From Pocillopora damicornis (Eukaryota), in contig NW_020845565.1 in the NCBI RefSeq assembly GCF_003704095.1, positions 62,001 through 126,000 of the forward strand: a DNA stretch of 64,000 nucleotides, written 5' to 3'. This document shows, in pieces, positions 42,396 to 64,000 of this stretch. The notes under the pieces were generated by a model, which saw only the letters and a list, made by a program, of their open reading frames with translations, was not told the origin of the DNA and did no database searches. A program made the position numbers and the translations under genes. Within the stretch, counting starts at the first letter, position 1, and each line of letters begins with the position of its first letter.

Positions 42396-44727
42396 AACAG
42401 TCGGGATTGTGGACGTAAGAAATCAAAAATGTTTTCTGAGAAGTATTGGTGTCATCTTCGGGGGAGCTTCCTGCGATATTTAACGTCAAGCCAAGCGAAT
42501 GAGCACAGGAGAACAGAGAAAAAATATTGCTCTGAAAGTCACGCTTGATCTGCGCACGCGTATTAAGAGCCCGGGAAATACGGCTTACCGGATCTCAGAC
42601 CCAGGGCTCCCGCGTGATATACTGAGATTCGTGTTTGCTTACTGGCTGAGTAACGGTCGATCCTGAAACATTTCGCGTTCGCTTCCAAAACTGAAATTAA
42701 ATTACGTGAAATTTAAATGTTTATTATACCTGTTATGAAATCGCTGGTAATCCTCGAAATCCAACTGGGTCTTAGTAGTGCCATTTTTTAGGAATTACAC
42801 AATTTTTTCTCTAAATCATCAAGCCATCAAGGAAACATTAAAAGAAGTCAAATCCCTAGCAATCACCATTACAAATCTATTTTTATCATAAACAAGTAAT
42901 CACATATTTCTTAAATGGTCTTAAATTTGCTTAAAGCACAAGTCCCGCGTGTTTTTCTCTTGATTTGCCTAAGCTTAGTTATACCAAACTGTACTCTTCA
43001 ACATTTGATAACTTATCTTTATGTTTCAGATATCAAATAAATCTCGTACTTGGGCAAAATGACAACGCAAACTTTCATACAACTTCAGAACAATGTTTCC
43101 TCTATTTTAAATCTTTATGTTGTAAAAACTTCAGGTTTTGTGTTGTTCTAATTGAGGTGCACTTCTTATTTCACAGCTGTTAATAAACATGTGTTCTCTG
43201 CTTCTTTCCCTGAAATGTGGCCGTCATGATTGGAATTCCCTTGAAACATATTCTCCTTAAAAATTGACTTTTTTATGCTAATAATTGGGACAAGTGAAAC
43301 AGGATCAATACCATATTGAACATTTTAACCCATACAGGTGTACTTGGACTGATATTGTTCCTGTATTAATAACGGTTTTGATCTTAAAAGTAATTTATAA
43401 GGAATTAAAGGTGACAGTGAGCTATTTAGGCAAGCTATCATTTACAATTACATTTATACCCTGACCTAACACTTAAATCGGCACCTCTAAGCAAGTCTGG
43501 AGGGAAATAACTGAAAGACTATGGGAGAAGCTCATTGTTCCTTCCTCCCAAAGATTTTCTTTCATGTTTCTGATTCCAGTTTTTTTATTTGCAACAATAG
43601 CAGTCATTCTTTCTATTTACCACCACTTTAAAGAAACAAAGGATAAGGAGATATGATTTAGTCAGCATTGGAGGAAGTGTTGCCATGACAATGACATAAA
43701 ACTCATGGTAACAGGGCACCCTAAAACTCAGAGAAAGTATACCTGGTGTGAAAAAAGCTCTTACTTCAGTAGAGATTATACTTAAAACTTTCAGCACACT
43801 TCATCAGACAAATGATTGTCTAATGAACTTTAATATACAACATGAACACAATCAAAAACTTCTTTACTGCAATATTTTTCCATTTTTGTTTATTTTCTTT
43901 AGACTAATTACAAGTAAGGATTGTATCAGAATCTATGTCCTGTTTTAAAACACAATTACACAATAATACAATATAATACAAACATTAAAGGGTATTTATG
44001 CAACACAAAACTTGAGTGAGAACTAAAAGCCAGAAATAAGTACAAAATTCAGCCTTGCATTCCCATGTATGCAATTTACAAATCTCCGTAGGAGAACTTA
44101 GTTTCTGAAATTGCCTCCTAAATGATAAGTGACACTTCTTAACAAAGAAGTAGCTTGTGTAGTTGCTTAATTTGGTTCTGACAACCTGAACTTGTGTCAC
44201 CTAATCATAACAAGGTTTGCACATGCTCAGATGTTTGACCACCATGTTTCAGGTCACTGTTCAAAGTAAGCACACTAGCTACTGCATCCTATTTCTCTCT
44301 AGCCCTTTGACTGGCTTGGGAAACTCAAAAAGAAAAGATGACTATCAATTGAGTAAAACGTAAGCCAAGGATACAGTTAAAGTGGTGCTGACAACAGTAG
44401 CTCTACACAAAAAGGGGAGAAATGGTTTGTCACTACTGGCAGCAAATCTGGCCATAACTATCAACCCTTCACCCCCAAAATCAGAAAGAGAAGTCTCCCT
44501 TATACCAGCTGTAAATTCCTTGTGAATGAGTGATAAGAATTGGGTGTATTATCCAGAGAAAACTTTTGAGGTTATATGAGTTTGTCTATTCTGATCACCT
44601 GCTTTCTGGAAGTATTGATTTTGTAAAAGGGACGTTACATGGAAGTAAGTGTTAAGGTTTGAAAAGTAATACTATATTTCCTTAGCACAACAGCATTGCA
44701 GAAACTCAGGTGCTTGCATTTCTCCTG

Positions 44728-50834
<6,107 letters not shown>

Positions 50835-51410
50835 GTGTGTCTTGACGCCCTCAAGATACCGGGCCTTTCTGCCAGACCAGGAAACTCTTCTTAATCTCTG
50901 AAAAACGCTTCTTTTGGCCCGAAAACAACAACTCCACAATGAAACCAAAGAAAAGCACACGTGAAAAGCAAGCTTGACTTGGAATTGCAATGGGTTGTGG
51001 GATTGAGTCCGAAGCACGAAATCATAGGACCGCAATGCATCAAGACTATCCTCGAACATTTTTTAAATTAAAATGAAAAGAAAACAATGCAAATCTCTGG
51101 TGGCATTCATGATGTAGTTTATTATAAGATATATTCATCTTTGAATAAGTTTTTGTACTTTTCGCATTCTTAAATATCAATATAAAAGTAACAAGCCAAA
51201 AAAGCTTGCCTACCAATAAAATACAAAGTTATCAGACATTCTGGCCTCATTCTGCATTGACTAGTGGTGTTAATGGTGCATTTGTTAGTAATAGGCAAAC
51301 TTCCAAAGGTTTTTAATCGATAAAAGACGGAATTTTGAAAACGAAACTTTCGTTTTTATAACTTGGTGGGATCCAGGTCTCCACGGCTTCACATGGCCAG
51401 GCCTCGCTCA

Positions 51411-51430
51411 GCATTGTGGGTAATTTGCAG
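51411..51430. promoter_or_regulatory. ZNF143/Staf-like motif in the WDR5-PI4KB divergent promoter
   Basis: GCATTGTGGGTAATTTGCAG resembles the reverse complement of the ACTACAnTTCCCAnAATGC motif enriched at bidirectional promoters. Confidence 0.35.
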
Positions 51431-52314
51431 CGGCAGCTGTTCTTCCTGCCTTTAACCATCATATCGGAGTTGTATAGGGAGAAACTGTTGAATTTATTTC
51501 CCTGTGGCTAGGATATCAACAGGAGATAATAGCTATACTGTTTCCTTCTGCAGTGATTTGTGCCTGAGATGATAGGGTTTACAAGGGAATGACCGGAGTA
51601 TGGAGACATCGTGAGTAGTACACGGACCGTATCAAAATCTGTCATTTGACTAAAAAGTACAATTCGCTTCACTGAACCATTGGAAAAGTCGTGCTTTCCT
51701 GGACAATCAGGAAAAATTTTGTTAGCACGTAAAAGGAATCGACTTAGATCTTCGTTAACGCTGTTGCTGTGAACATTCTAGAGGAATAGTAACTTCTGTG
51801 AGTGAATTCCATTCCGCCCTTTCCAACGACGACCACAACATCAGCTTCACTTCCGATTTGATACTAGTAGCTCCTCTTGAAATTCTTCACACCATAAGAA
51901 TTTCTTTTGTCTGGTATTGACACTTTCGGCGTCGTAACTGGTACTAACAACATCACTGCTCGGCTGAAAGAGAAGAAGAGAGCCTGTATTAATTACAGTG
52001 CACTGCTTTTTGGTCATCTTAATTCTGAAAATTTCGATACATCGGTTTCGTGCCATCGTGACACGATAAATAAACTTCATAGAGAAAACGTGATTTTTCA
52101 TTTTGTTTCCCTTTCGCAACAAAAAGTTCAAAGGTCCAGTTTTGAAATAGAAGCCAAGCAAGTTGTGCGTGGTTTGCGGTAATAAACCTCCTAAGTCCAT
52201 CTATACAGAGTACTTTGTATTCCGTGCTCTAAATGTTGCAAGAGCGCAATATAACGTCGGAATTGGCCTCTCTAAGATTTTTTTCCCAGCGGTGAAGAAT
52301 TTATTACAACGGTT

Positions 52315-63738
<11,424 letters not shown>

Positions 63739-64000
63739 TGATTGGGTTTGCCCCTTTTCTCATAAGAATCTTAGCACCAGAGTTCGTATAGAGTGTTGAA
63801 TTCTTGAAAGAGTACGGAAGTATCAAAACTAATTTTAAAGACGTGGGAAAAGTATTGATCCTTCGTGCGAGTCAGGAAGAAAAGCAATGATGCTATTGTT
63901 TTTTTGTTTTTTTTCGCTGAGAGTTTTGATTCGCGCGACGGAGTTCCCAACAAAACAGGGACTGCTCGTAGTCTAAACTCTTGTGGAGAAGGGGTTCTCT

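Noticed and set aside
51847-52200. 117-aa and 91-aa ORFs upstream of PI4KB
   Set aside because: No recognisable domain or coding-like composition; likely leader or intron sequence.

Overview
Eukaryotic, intron-rich, AT-rich genomic DNA with several N gaps. It most likely comes from a stony coral or other anthozoan, an inference from repeat families and gene content. Left to right: (1) four death-domain TNF-receptor-family genes (~3.2-18.6 kb), the first two forming an inverted duplication centred on an assembly gap. (2) A ~6 kb ORF-less minus-strand region (~20.1-26.1 kb) that reads as a multi-exon non-coding snoRNA host gene, with nine clear and one tentative intronic box C/D snoRNAs. Their guides match the vertebrate GAS5 set (U79, U77/U44, U80 x2, U74, U76) plus U24, and two guides match no family I can place. 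(3) HSPA5/BiP, head-to-head with that host gene and carrying two ERSE elements. (4) COP1/RFWD2 (-). (5) WDR5 (-). (6) PI4KB (+, runs off the window), which contains an AT-AC U12-type intron. Many copies of a ~230 bp TTAA-flanked MITE and other small inverted-repeat elements are scattered through introns. snoRNA family assignments rest on my recollection of human snoRNA and rRNA sequences and need Rfam/rRNA confirmation. Exon coordinates were read by eye and may be off by a few bases.
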